The notes beneath the pieces are model-generated. The model worked only from the letters and a program-made list of their open reading frames with translations, made no database searches and was not told the DNA's origin. A stretch of DNA of 64,000 nucleotides. Source: Mobula hypostoma. Taxonomy: Eukaryota. This document shows, in pieces, positions 1 to 12,720 of this stretch (the first letter of the stretch is position 1; each line of letters opens with the position of its first letter). The position numbers and the translations under genes were made by a program. The stretch spans positions 47,370,001 through 47,434,000 of the forward strand of contig NC_086108.1 of the NCBI RefSeq assembly GCF_963921235.1, given 5' to 3'.

Positions 1-1421
1 TTGCTATTAGAAGCAAGGGAGGAGACACTTGGAACCCTGACAGAGATTTTTGTATCTTCTCTAGCCATGGGTAAGGTACAAGAAGACAGCAGAAATGCTA
101 ATGATTTTCCTGTATTTAAGGGGGGCAGCGGGGATTAACTATTTAACTATAGGCCAGCCTATAATTCAGTGGAAAGGAAATTATTGGAGAAAATCCTAAG
201 GAATGGGATGTATGTACATTTGGAAGGGCAGCAGCTCATCAGGCATGGCCAGCATGGCTTTGTGCAGGAGAAATCAGAAATCCCGACTTGACTCACTAAC
301 TTGATTGAGCTTTTAGAGAAAACAACTAAGAAAACTGATGGGGAGAAAGGATGGCAGATGTTGTCTATGTGGACTTCAGTAAGGTATTTGCCAATGCCTG
401 GCATGGTAGGCTGGTCCAGAGAGGTCAAGGCAAATTGGTTAACTGAATCCAGATTGCTTATGGAAGGCAGAGGGGAGTAGTGGAAGGAAGAATTTGTGAC
501 CAGTGGTACCTCACAAAAGATTGGTGTTGAGACCCTTTTTGTTTGTAATATATATTAATATTCTGGATGAGAATATAGGAAGTATGAATAATAAATTTGT
601 GGCTGACATGCATGTTGTTGGTGTTGTGGATATCGAGGACGGTTGTCTAAGCTTTCAGCAGAATACAGATAGAAGGCAAGCCAGAGTGTTGAATGGAATT
701 TAACCCTGACAAATGTGAGATGATGCATTTTGGGAATTCAGATAGATGTAGGACATATGCATAAATAACAAGGCTCGAGGAAATGATGATGACCAGAGGC
801 TCCTTGGGACTCAGGTCCATAATTCCCTGAAAGTAGCTGTACAGCGAGGTGCTTGGTGTAGAAGGCATACAGCATGCTTGTTTTCACCGGCAAGGGCAAA
901 TAATATGAAAGTTGGTGCATTTTGTTGCAAATTCAGAAAATACAGATTAGAGCATACCTAAGTGCAACTCTGTTTACCACGTTATTGAAATGATGTGGTT
1001 TTACTTGAGAAGTGCAAAGGAAATTCACCAGGCTGTTGTCTGGACTAGAGAACTGCAGCGATAAGGAGAAATTTAATAGACTGATTTTGTGTTCTCTGGA
1101 GCAGATTTTGGTCGGGGATGATCAAATGGATGTATATAAAATCATGTGAGGCACAGGGAGGAGCGAGAGTAGAATATTTACTCCTAAGATAAGGGTATGA
1201 AAAACAAGATGCATGGGTTTAAAGTTAGAGGAAGGGCTTCTGAAGGGGATTTGAGGGGAAAGTTTATTTCATTCAGAGAGCGATTGATATCTAGAACTTG
1301 CCACATCATTACATTCATGAAACAGTTACACAGGCACGCGAATAAGCATGGTGTAGATGGATATGGACTTAAAAGTCAGCATCAACATGTTGGGCCAAAA
1401 TGGCCCATATTTGTGCTATGA
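1..1421 (+). mobile_element. CR1-clade LINE ORF2 (RT) remnant with 3' end, degenerate; starts before the window
   Basis: CR1 RT-like words in broken frames (NYRP, YVDFSK, VP..LVLRPFLFVIYINILDE, KFVAD, KCEMMHFG); CR1-type 3' end gggccaaaatggcc..tgtgctatgac near 1392-1421. Confidence 0.85.
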
Positions 1422-2719
1422 CATTGAGAACTACTTACATCCTTGTTTTCATAGCATTCAATGCTGTTGTCATTTTTTACAACGAGGTATCGATCTCTCC
1501 ATTTCTTCAATTCTTCCACATATTGTATCACGACTTGTTCATATACCACTGTCCCAGTGTCTACTGGCTCCTGAAAGAAAGCATTTCAGATCTAAAGCAT
1601 AGTTCAGAGAAAACCAATTACTTCATTTTAAGTTATTTGAGTGAGAGATTTGGTATCTCACCATAAAACGCAATTAGAAACATGTCAAGCACCAATAAAA
1701 CAATGCTTGGTGCTGAGCATCAGGGATGTGTGTAGACTCTGACTTTGATTCATGCCTTTCCCAGAACAAATCAGTCCAGACAAGGGGCTGTACATGACAC
1801 CATAGGAAACTTCAGTGGGAAGTGGGGAAAAGCAGCACTCTTACAGAGTGTGTCAAATCTTGAGACTACTGAGTATCAGAGGAGGAAGGACATTCAATCG
1901 TTTGATACAGATTTCCTGGCTCCACTTTTCACCAAGGTTAACAGGCCATTAAAAAAAACAGGAGCTAGAAGCAAAATATTTTTTAAAAAAAAAGAACGAG
2001 CGCATCAAAGAAAATTAAACTGCATTTTGTTTTTTTTTAGACACAAAAGCTTTCATCTAATGTCAGTTATTTTTCCATTCTGAAAGCAACTTCATTAATC
2101 TGTAGGAGAAAGTCCAAATAAAGTTACATTAACAATATATCCATTTGCTTTAATTAAGGCCAAAACGTGCAAATAAGGGCAGCGAGAGACAGCAGCAATC
2201 CTTAATCACCACTGAATATGGAATTAATGAAATGTGGTTGTGAAGATTTTCATTTTGGTATGTCCAGTGAAACCACAAATACATCTCAAAGATCTCATTA
2301 GTAGTACCCAATAGAGGAACCTTTCATTAAAGCATTCACAATGTTGGTAAACCAAACAAGCAGAAGCATTCTTACATCAAATAATGAAATCTCTGTCAAC
2401 ATGTTCACTCATCTAATCTGCCCAGACTTCATTTATTGGAGCAATAATACTTTAATTTCGGTGCAATGTCTATAAATATATCCAATTACTCAGAAATCAG
2501 CTAATGACTAATCTGTCATGGGTTGAGGTTAGAGCTTTCTTCATCAGATGGGGAAAGAACAAATGGTCAGTATTAACAGCAACGTTCACAATCTGTATCA
2601 AGTCAAGTATTATAATTTAGGCAAACACAACAACTGAAAAGTCCTCAGAAAGAATGCGGGGCTATTATTTATACCAATGACCAGATGCTCTGCTTTACTG
2701 TTTGGCTCAGGTGTAAAAT

Positions 2720-3130
2720 GCTTACCAGAACATTGAACTAACTTCCCAGCCATGGGTAATTATTTATTTTATGTTTAATTGGTTGGGTAAACCAGGATCT
2801 CTGAGATTACATCTTCAATGAAACAGCATCTGAACAGTATAAAAACATGCCCTCTCATTTTTTTTTACAGCAGCATGGTCCAATCATTGCTCTGAGCAGG
2901 AATTTATTTTTTTTTTACACAGCCTGAAAACTGCACGGCACTTTAATAAAACATCATATAAAGAAAATTCCAGCTGTTCAGCAACACAGGCTATGTGCAT
3001 GGGAGTGTTTCAATTACTACATGACCATACAGCCCCACAGCTTAGAGGGAACAGTGGTGTCAACCTAGATTATGTTGTCAAGCCTCCAGACTGGTGCTTA
3101 AACTCACTGGAATTTAGGTGGAAGTGTGTA
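2720..3130 (-). mobile_element. Old Deu-domain SINE remnant, interrupted by a short insertion at about 2843-3056
   Basis: acagcatctgaacagt and gtgtcaacctagattatgttgtcaagcctccag resemble the reverse complement of the Deu-SINE head/core seen at 26660-26810. Confidence 0.4.
2843..3056. mobile_element. Possible hAT-type MITE
   Basis: Right end ttagagggaacagtg (rc cactgttccctctaa) with a weak inverted match aaacatgccctctca at the left end; it splits the Deu-SINE. Confidence 0.35.
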
Positions 3131-3601
3131 TATTTCAACAAAAAATGACTAAAGTCTCCTTTCCTTTTACACCTGGACAGACATGCAGAGGACAGGGTAC
3201 AAAAGCAACTGGATAATATGGTCCTAATTCAAATGCCTATTTGAACATTGCAGTGGAACCTCCTGAATCAGAGGGTGAATTGTTGCAGACCGGCATACCA
3301 TCACATCAGCAGCAAGATTGCTTTGTGCAAAAATGCAACACTTGTCTGTGTGCAAATTTCTCTTCCTTTGAAACAATGGCCTGTGTTCATTGATAAGTGT
3401 AGCATTTTAGAACTAATCTTTTCAATGTTAGTGATGTCAGAAAAGGAGATAGAGATTGTTTCACTGAATATATGCAAATCCTCCCAGGATTTTCAGAGCA
3501 TTCCGAGGAAGAAAACTCTGTGAATATATACAAGAGTGAATTACAGAGATTGGGGAGGAAGGTGTGGACTTCCAAGTTCCCAGTTTCCTATGTTAACTAA
3601 A

Positions 3602-5110
3602 GCAAGACACACAAAATGCTGGAGGAACACAGCAGGTCAGGGAGCATCTGTGGGAAAAAAGTACAATCGACATTTTGGGCCAAAACCCTTTGGCAGGAAT
3701 GGAGAGAAAAAAGCTGAGGAGTAGATTTAAAAAGTGGGGGATGGGGGTGGGGGGGAGGAGAGAGGAACACAAGGTGATAGGTGAAACAAAGGGGGAAGGG
3801 GGAAGTAAAGAGCTGTGAGGTCGATTGGTGAAAGTGATACAGGGCTGGAGAAGGGGGAGTCAGATAGGAGAGAACAGAAGGCCATGGAAGAAAGAAAAGG
3901 AACACCAGAGGGAGGAAATGAGCAGGCAAGGAGATAAGATGAGAGAGGGAAAAGGGGATGGGGAATGGTGAGGGGGGGCATTACCTTGAAGTTTGAGAAA
4001 TTGACGTTCATGCCATCAGGTTGGAGGCTACCCAGACAGAATATAAGGTGTTGTTCTTCCAACCTGAGTGTGGCCTCATCGCGACAGTAGAGGAGGCCAT
4101 GGATTGACACATCGGAATGGGATTGGGAAGTGGAATTTAAATGGGTGGCCACTGGGAGATCTCGCTTCTTCAGGTGGACAGAGTGTAGGTGCTCGACAAA
4201 GCAGTCTCCCAATCTACTTCGGGTCTCACCGGAATACAGGAGGCCACATTTGGGCACTGGACACAGTATATGACCCCAACAGACTCACAGGTGAAGTGTT
4301 GCCTCACCTGGAAAGACTGTTTGGGGCCCTGAATGGCAGCAAAGGAGGTGGTATAGGGGCAGGTGTAGTATTTGTTTCGCTTGCAAGGATAAGTGCCAGG
4401 AGGGAGATCAGTGGACAATGAAGTCACATAGGGAGCAATCCCATTGGAAAGTGGGGAGGGAAATGTGCTTGGTGGTAGGATCCCATTGGAGTTCCCACCG
4501 GAGAATTATGTACTGGATGTGGAGGCTGGTAGGTGAGGACAAGGAACCCTATCCCTTGTAGGAAGGCGGGAGGAAGGGGTGAGAACAGACGTGTGTGAAA
4601 TGGAAGGGACACAGTTGAGGGCAGCGTTGACGGTGGAGAAAGGGAAGCCCCTTTCTTTGAAAAAGGAGGCCATCACTTTCATACTAGAATGAAAAGCCTC
4701 ATCCTGAGAGCAGATGTGATGGAGACAGAAAACCTGAGAGAAGGGGAAGGTGTTTTTACCAGTAACAGGGTGTGAAGAGGAACAGCCCAGGTAGCTGTGA
4801 GAGTCAGTGGGTTTATAATAGACATCAGTTTATAAGGTATCTCCAGAGATAGGGACAGTGATATCGAGAAAGGCGAGTGAGGTGTCGGAGATGGACCAGG
4901 TAAATTTGAGGGCAGATTGGAAGTTGGAGGCAAAGTTGATGAAGTCGACAAGCTTGAATCAGTGCAGGAAGCAGCACCAATGCAGTCTTCAATGTAGTGT
5001 AGGAAAAGTGGGGGACGGACACCAGTGAAGGCTTGGAACATAGACTGTTCCACACAGCCGACAAAAAGGCAGGCATAGCTGGGACCCATGTGAGAGCCCA
5101 TGGTTACTTC
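3602..5110 (-). mobile_element. Penelope-like element (Neptune-type), 5'-truncated and frameshifted
   Basis: RT motifs MGSHMGPSYACLF and YIEDCIG (ORF 4679-5101); Cys-rich linker PCKRNKYYTCPY; GIY-YIG remnant VIYCVQC..LLYSGET..EHL (ORFs 4170-4427 and 3727-4257); pLTR with decayed hammerhead at 3663-3700. Confidence 0.92.
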
Positions 5111-5502
5111 TTTTGACTATTTTAACTTCCTTCATTTTACCTTGAACTTAGAAGGAATTTTGAAGAATCAAGGTATGGGTTTGTTCAGAGAGATCACAAC
5201 CAAAAAAAAATGTCTACCCCAGATCAGAAACTCAATAAGCGATGCTAAGGTTCGGGTGCAAAACCGAATGAGCATTGCACTGTCAGTGTATTTATATAGA
5301 ACAGTAGTGCCTCTCTCAAGTGAATCCAAAAGGTTCTGCGGCAAATAAGAAGAGAAATTATCCACCATTTTCCTCAATTCCCATTGTTGAAAAACATTGT
5401 CTGGCCATTATCACATTCCGGAGCTTACTCTGCATAAACTGTTGCAGCATTTCCTGAAATATAACACTGGCACCACTTCAGAACTATCATGACTGTTAAA
5501 AT

Positions 5503-5925
5503 GATTCAGAATCAGGTTTATTGTCACTGACATATGTGTGAAATTTGTTGTTTTGCAGCAGCAGTACAGTGCAAGATACAAAAATTACTAGAAGTTACAA
5601 AATAAATAAATATTGCAAAAGACAAATACGAGATAGTGTTCATTGGTTCATGGACAGTGCAGAAATCTGATGGGAGAGTGGAGGAAGCTGTTCCTAAAAT
5701 ATTGAGTGTGTGTCTTTAGGCTCCTGTACCTCTACCCCAATGGTAGTAAAGTGCAGAGGCCATGTCTTGGATGGTGAGCATCTTCAATCATGGCCACCAC
5801 CTTCTTGAAGCACCTTCGTGATATTTTCGACAGCAGGGAGGGTCATGCCTGCAATGGAGCTGTCTGAGTTTACAGTCCTCCGCAGTCTCTTGTGATCCTG
5901 TGCAAGGCAGCCTCCATATGGCGAC
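5503..5925 (-). mobile_element. Rex1/Babar LINE 3' fragment
   Basis: Tail attcagaatcaggtttattgtc followed by the rc of Rex1 3' coding sequence (aagctgttcctaaa..ctcctgtacctc..gtcttggatggtg). Confidence 0.7.
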
Positions 5926-6084
5926 ATACCTTGGTGTCAAGGTTAAATCCTGCAGAATCCATTGGTCTGATGGTTGATTTGTACAGTAGGAAGCATCAAA
6001 TACTCAATGGATTGCAACACCATCAATGGGAAATTGACCCACTGTTTTGAATAATTTTCCTGGGAGGTAGTGCATAGATAATTT

Positions 6085-7625
6085 TTTTGAGAGATATAGA
6101 GGCTCGGGTTAAGAAAAAGAAGGAAGTGCGTAGTAGGTATAGACAGTCAGCAACAAATGAGAAATGCAAGGGAACACTTAAGAAGGAAACCAGGAAGACT
6201 GAAAGAAGACATGAGGTTGCTCTAGCAGACCTGGTAATGGAGAATCCTAAGGGTTTCTACAGATATGTTAATAGCAAAAGGATAGCAAGGGACAAAATTG
6301 GTCCTCTGGAAGATCAGAATGGTAATCTACGTGTGGAGCCAAGAGAGATGGGAGAGATCTTCAATGGGGTTTTTGGCTCTGTATTTACTTGGGAGACGGA
6401 CACAGAGTCAAAAGATGTGAGGCAATGCCATGGAACCTATACAGATTACAGAGGAGAACTTCAACATGGAATTCAGCAAGGCCTTTGGCAAGGTCCCACA
6501 TGGGAGGTTAGTCAAGAAGTTTCAGTTGTTTGGCATCCAAGTTGGGGTAGTAAATTGGATTAGACATTGGCTTTGCAGAAGAAGCCAGGCAGTGGTTGTA
6601 AATGGATGCCTCTCTGACTGGAGGCCCATGACTGGAGGTATGCATCAGGGATCGGTGCTAGATCCATTGTTGTTTGCATCTATATCAACAATCTGGATGA
6701 TAATGTCGTAAACTGCATCAGCAAATTTGCGGATGACACTAAGTTTGGGGGTGTAGTGGATAGCGAGGAAGACTATCAAAGCTTGCTGCATGATCTGAAC
6801 AAGCTGGAGATATGAGCTGATAAGTAGCTGATGGAATTTAATGTAGACAAATGTGAAGTGTTGAACTTCAGCAGGACCAACCAAGGTAGGTCTTATATGG
6901 TGAGCAGCAGGGCACTGAGGAATGTGGTAGAACTGAGGGATCTGGGAAGAGAGATCCATAATTCCTTGAAAGTGGTGTCACAGGTAGATAGGGTCATAAG
7001 GAAAGCTTTTAGCATACTGGCCTTCATAAATTAATGTATTGAGTACTGGAGTTCAGATGTTACGTTGAAATTGTGTGAGTCATTATTGAGGTCTAATTTG
7101 ACGTATTGAGTGTAGTTTTGGTCACCTACCTGCAGAAAGGATGTAAGTAAGATTGAAAGAGTGGAGAGAACATTTACAAGGATGTAGCTAGGACTTGAGG
7201 ACCTGAATTATAGAGAAAGGTTGAACAGGTTTGGACTTTATTTCCTGGAAGATAGAAGATTGAGGGGAGATTTGATAGAGGTATAAAATATTATGAGGGC
7301 CATTGGTAGGGTAAATGCAAGTAGTTTTTTTTTCCACTGAGCTTGAATGAGTCTACAACTAGAGGTCATGGGTTAAGGGTGAAAAGTGAAATGTTTAAGA
7401 GGAACTTCTTCACTCAGAGGCTGGTGAGAGTGTGGAACAAGCTGCTAGTGCTCGTGGTAGATGAAGGATAATTTCAACATTTAAGAGAAATTTCATAGGT
7501 ACACGGATGAGAGGGATATGGGGTGTGATGGTCCAGCTGCAGGTCGATTGGACTAGGCAGATTAATGGTTCAGCATAAACTGGATGGGCCAAACAGCCTG
7601 TTTCTATGCTGTAGTGTTCTATGAC
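6085..7625 (+). mobile_element. CR1 LINE ORF2 remnant with internal deletion and 3' end
   Basis: ORFs 6087-6563 (ENPKGFYRYVNSKR..IGPLEDQNG), 6430-6711 (FSKAFGKVPHGRL..QGSVLDPLLF), 6831-7034 (MEFNVDKCEV); tail gggccaaacagcctgtttctatgctgtagtgttctatga. Confidence 0.92.
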
Positions 7626-8935
7626 TTCTGATGGATATATTAGGAGGAAAAATGGAGGTTAGCTATTGTCTTAAAATTACATTTCCTCCTTCAGAAGGAA
7701 TGAAAAAAATGTTTACAGTGAGGTTCCATTGTTGCAAGCATAATAGTCAAATAAATGTTCTGTAAGATCTCTGACCTCCTGCTCCATGCCTTTACTGGCT
7801 TCTACCAATGAGGGCTGTTGCTCAGCTCACATGATGCCCCTGTTGCACTAGCCTACAAACACTTGGGGCTTCAAATCGTCACGATCACTCTTTCAAAGCA
7901 GCACAGGCTCGAGTTCAGTAAAGGGGAACATAAGGGGTGAGGTACAAACTAGATCTAGCAGTAACATCATGTCAAAAATCGGAAATGTGACCACAAATCA
8001 CGTGCCACACTTGAGCAGTTTCACAGGAAATCCATAAGGAACACACTCAGCCTGATTCATGATGATAATTCATGAATGCATGACGAACAGATGCAGAGCC
8101 TCACTTCCACTGGCCTTCAGGAGATAACGTTGACTTTGCTGAAATTATAAGATCAGTTCACTTAAACAGCTATAGACATCTGCATGGTTCAGACACATGG
8201 AGTAGTCAAGGTTAGTTTAAAATCCCTGGGTGGAAATAGATAGGGAGAGTTCTGGAGGAAAAATTGAATCTTATGAGTCAAAGAAAATTAAATCTTTTGC
8301 TACTTCATAAAAGCAGTGGCAACATTGGAGCAATGGTGACATTTCAGGAAGCAAGTATTCTAGGCTGCAGTAAAGTTGAAGAAGAACTACTCGAACCTCA
8401 GGGAGCAAGACAGGCAAAACAAATCAATTGAGCTGCTCAGTTTTGGGCATGTTGAATGGGTTTTGAGCAGCTCTAACAATGAGTACCTCTTCTTCAATGA
8501 AGGGCAAACTTTCACAATCTCGCCACAGAGCCCAAAGTAAACTCCCTTATCACTTTTCAGCTTCCTTGTGCTTTCTTTTGAGGTGTGACACACCCCTTTG
8601 TTGTGCCCTCCCAATACCAGAGCTGAAGCAGGATTTCGGATGGGGACCAGAACCAAATTAATGCCTGTTCTCTGAACGATTGTCCACAAATCACTGGTAC
8701 GAGTCCTCCTTGAGTAACAACAAAGTTCTGTTCCTGAAAATTGTTCATAACCCAAACACTTCACAAGTCAAAAATGCAGCCTCCTGGCACAACACTTAAA
8801 TGAAAACCCTAAGCCAGGGAAGGGAAATGTCTAGTTCAAGCAGGGCATTGAACTCAACCATTCAGATATTTCCATAAACCGTGTTCCCATACGAGAGAAG
8901 GTGCCTGCAACCCCACAGTAGCCAGCAAATCGGTA

Positions 8936-9170
8936 GCACAAGAGATTCTGCAGAAGCTGGAAATCTTGAGCAACACACACACGCAATTCTGGGGGATCTC
9001 AGCGAGTCAAGCAGCTACTACGGAGGGGAATATACAGTTGCTGTTTTGGGCCTAGACCCTTCCTCACTCCAGTCCTGATGAATGTCTTGGCACAAACTGT
9101 CAATTGTTTATTCCCCTTCATGGATGCTGTTTGACTTGCTGAGGTTCCTTCAGCAGTTTATGTGTGTCGC
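8936..9170. mobile_element. Old fold-back PLE pLTR-only insertion (two inverted pLTR halves)
   Basis: Left arm cacaagagattctgcagaagctgg..agaccctt is the inverted pLTR with tail; right arm cagtcctgatgaa..gatgctgtttgacttgctgagg..tgtgtgtcgc is a direct pLTR with decayed hammerhead. Confidence 0.75.
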
Positions 9171-9379
9171 AGTGAATCCAAGTCACCCTTTTCCCAACTG
9201 CTCACTCCTATTTATAGGCTGTATGTAAAATTGGGTGCTTGTAGTCTGGGGAGGATCTATATTCTAATATAAAATGACCACTAGATGAGAATCTCACTGT
9301 CAAAGATTAGTCAACGTCCAATATCAACTTCAGTGCTAATATCCATGGAGGTTTTGAGTACCAAAACAACATCTGGAAT

Positions 9380-9783
9380 GGGAGATGGAACGTTTAACTC
9401 TCGGCCTGGTAGCAGAAGTGGCTGAGAGGCGACATGATGCATTTGTTAAAAAAAATTATGAGAGGCACGAGTAGGTTAGACAGACATAGTCTGTTTTCCA
9501 TATGGTAATGGCATCTAAAACTAGAGGTTATGGATTTTGAAGTGAAAAGAAGGGCTTCTACAAGGGATCAAAGGGAAAGACTTTTCCAAAGAGTAGTTGG
9601 TATCTGGAATGAGCTGCCAGAGAATGTGGTGGAAGCAGGAACAGTAACAACATTTAAGAAAGTTCTAAACAGGTATTGGAATGAGCAATCAGAGAGGGAT
9701 ATAGAAGCAAGTGGGATTAGTATAGATAAGCAGGGACACAGGAGGCTGACGGGCCTGATTCCACGGTGTTTACAATATGACTG
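9380..9783 (+). mobile_element. CR1 LINE 3' fragment
   Basis: FQRVVGIWNELPENVVEAGTVTTFKKVLNRY in ORF 9530-9847, typical of the CR1 ORF2 C-terminus. Confidence 0.8.
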
Positions 9784-10235
9784 GATGGGATCACATCACA
9801 GTACAATCCTTCACTGCCAACATTTGTGGCTCTCAGGTATCATTTGATTAACTCGAGGCAAAGTTTAAAAACTGGATTAGAAAGTAGAACATACCTATGA
9901 TTAAGCACTCTGACAGAATCGTGACTAACAACTGCAGAAGGGCAGCCTCTTTTCGTAGTTCAGTTGATCATTTGTTGAAGCTGATGTATTTTGATAAAAT
10001 GTGGGGATATTCAAAGCCTTTGAACTCAACCACTTCCTGGCCTGACAAGTCATGCAAATAATTTGCTACATCCAAGGTTCAGCTGAAGTCAGGCTCAAAT
10101 CTAATGTAAATGGTAGAATTACTGGGATAGTGCGTTCAAGTTATAGTTACAGGGACTGTGCTCATTCAGGACTAGCTTGACTGGAATCTGAATGTTTGTA
10201 ACTTTGCCGTTTCTTATGTGAGCTTCAGATGAAAG

Positions 10236-12720
10236 ATCAAAGTCAAAGAAGAGTTTATTGTTGCATGCCCCAGTACATGTGTACACAGGTGCAGTGAAAA
10301 ACCTACTTGCAGCAACATCACAGGTGGTACATAACATCATATAATTAGCATTTTCAAGAAAACATAAATTATACGTGCATAACTTTTACAAGAAAACGCA
10401 ATTAGAACAAAAAAAATCCATTTTCATGCAAGGTGGTCAAGTGTTCAGAGTATTGCTAAACTGTAGTGATTAGGATTTGGCACTTGATTCTAGAACTGAA
10501 TGGTTGAAGAGAAGCAACTGGCGATGTGGGTCTTCAGATTTCTATACTTTCTTCCCAATGGTAGCTGCGAAAAGATGGCATGGCCTGGATGCAGGATATC
10601 TTTAATGGTAGATCTTGCCTTCCTGAGACAGCACCACCTGTAGATACTACCAATGGTGGGGAGTGATGTGCCTGAGATTTACTGGGCAAACTCTACTACT
10701 TTCTGTAGCTGCTTATGTTCCTATACATTCAAATCGCCATACCAGACCACGATGCTTCTAACAATACATTGTGGAAGTTTGTTGGAGGGTTCAATTACAA
10801 TCCAAACCGCCTTAACCTCTGAAAAAGGTAAAGATACCAGTGTGATTTTCTTATGATTACATCTATATGGTGGGCCCAGGACAGGTCATCCAATATGTTA
10901 GTGCCCAGGAATTTAATGCCACAGACCCTCTTCAATGCCAAACTCCAGAGTAGACTGGTGCAAGTTCGTCCTCCTTCCCCTTCCTGGAATCAACAGTCAC
11001 CTCCTTAGTTCTCCTGATGTTGAGTGAGAGGTGGTTTTCGTGGCATCACTCAACCAGGTTACCTGTCTCGTTTAAGTGAACTGACTCATTGTCACCTGTG
11101 ACTCATCTAACAACAGTAGTGTCATCATGAATAGGATGGAATGGCAGCTTAGCTACACTGTCATGTAAGGCTAATTGTGAAGAGTGGAGAGTGGAGAGTG
11201 GAGAAGGGAGAAGGGAGAGTGGAGAGAGGAGAGTGGAAAGTGGAGAAGGGAGAGTGGAAAGTGGAGAGTGGAGCAGGGAGAGTGGAGAGTGGAGAGTGGA
11301 GAATGGAGAGTGGAGAATGGAGAGTGGAGAAGGGAGAGTGGAGAGTGGAGAAGGGAGAGTGGAGAGTGGAGAGTGGAGAAGGGAGAGTGGAGAGTGGAGA
11401 GTGGAGAGTGGAGACGGGAGAGTGGAGAGTGGAGAGTGGAGAAGGGAGAGTGGAGAGTGGAGAAGGCAGAGTGGAGAAGGGAGAGTGGAGAGTGGAGAGT
11501 GGAGAAGGGAGAGTGGAGAGTGGAGAGTGGAGAGTGGAGACGGGAGAGTGGAGAGTGGAGAGTGGAGAAGAGAGAGTGGAGAGTGGAGAGTGGAGAAGGG
11601 AGAGTGGAGAGTGGAGAGTGGAGAATGGAGAAGGGAGAGTGGAGAGTGGAGAGTGGAGAGTGGAGAAGGGAGAGTGGAGAGTGGAGAGTGGAGAGTGGAG
11701 AAGGGAGAGTGGAGAGTGGAGAGTGGAGAATGGAGAAGGGAGAGTGGAGAGTGGAGAGTGGAGAGTGGAGAGTGGAGAAGGGAGAGTGGAGAGTGGAGAG
11801 TGGAGAGTGGAGAAGGGAGAGTGGAGAGTGGAGAGTGGAGAGTGGAGAAGGGAGACGGGAGAGTGGAGAAGGGAGAAGGGAGAGTGGAGAGTGGAGAAGG
11901 GAGAGTGGAGAGTGGAGAGTGGAGAGTGGAGAAGGGAGAGTGGAGAGTGGAGAGCGGAGAGTGGAGAAGGGAGAGTGGAGAGTGGAGAGTGGAGAGTGGA
12001 GAAGGGAGAGTGGAGAGTGGAGAGTGGAGAGTGGAGAGTGGAGAGTGCAGAAGGGAGAGTGGAGAGTGGAGAGTGGAGAGTGGAGAATAGAGAAGGGAGA
12101 GTGGAGAGTGGAGAGTGGAGAGTGGAGAAGGGAGAGTGGAGAATGGAGAGTGGAAAGGGAGAGTGGAGAGTGGAGAAGGGAGAGTGGAGAGTGGAGAGTG
12201 GAGAAGGGAGAGTGGAGAGTGGAGAGTGGAGAGTGGAGAATGGAGAAGGGAGAGTGGAGAGTGGAGAAGGGAGAAGGGAGAGTGGAGAGTGGAGAAGGGA
12301 GAGTGGAGAGTGGAGAATGGAGAAGGGAGAGTGGAGAGTGGAGAAGGGAGAAGGGAGAGTGGAGAGTGGAGAGTGGAGAAGGGAGAAGGGAGAGTGGAGA
12401 GTGGAGAGTGGAGAATGGAGAGTGGAGAGTGGAGTGGAGCGAAGCGCACAGATTTGAGGCACACCTGTACTGATGGGTCAATGAGGAGATGGTGTTGTTA
12501 CCAGTCGTCACTGACCGAAGTCTGCAATGAGGTAGTTGAGTATCTAATTGCAGAAGGAGGAATAGAGTCCCTGGGTCTTGAATTTTGACAGTGGGTTGAG
12601 ATGGAATGCTTTTGTTGAACATCAAGCTGTAGCCTATAAGTAACAGCCTGCCATCCAAGCTCCTGTCCAGAACAGAGTGAAGACCAGACAAAGCACTCCT
12701 TCTGTGGTGCTGATTGCAAA
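10236..12720 (-). mobile_element. Rex1/Babar LINE remnant hosting the heptamer satellite
   Basis: Tail tcaaagtcaaagaagagtttattg at 10238; RT motif DDTTVV at 11103-11130; on the other side of the satellite GNNTISSLT and tactc/tgcaattagatac resemble Rex RT. Confidence 0.75.
11181..12439 (+). repeat. Purine-rich 7-bp tandem repeat (GAGAGTG/GAGAAGG)n, about 180 units
   Basis: Directly visible; minor variants GAGAATG, GAGACGG, GAAAGTG; 7-bp phase maintained. Confidence 0.99.

Noticed and set aside
11181..12439. CRISPR-like or telomeric array
   Set aside because: No unique spacers, eukaryotic context, and the unit is not TTAGGG
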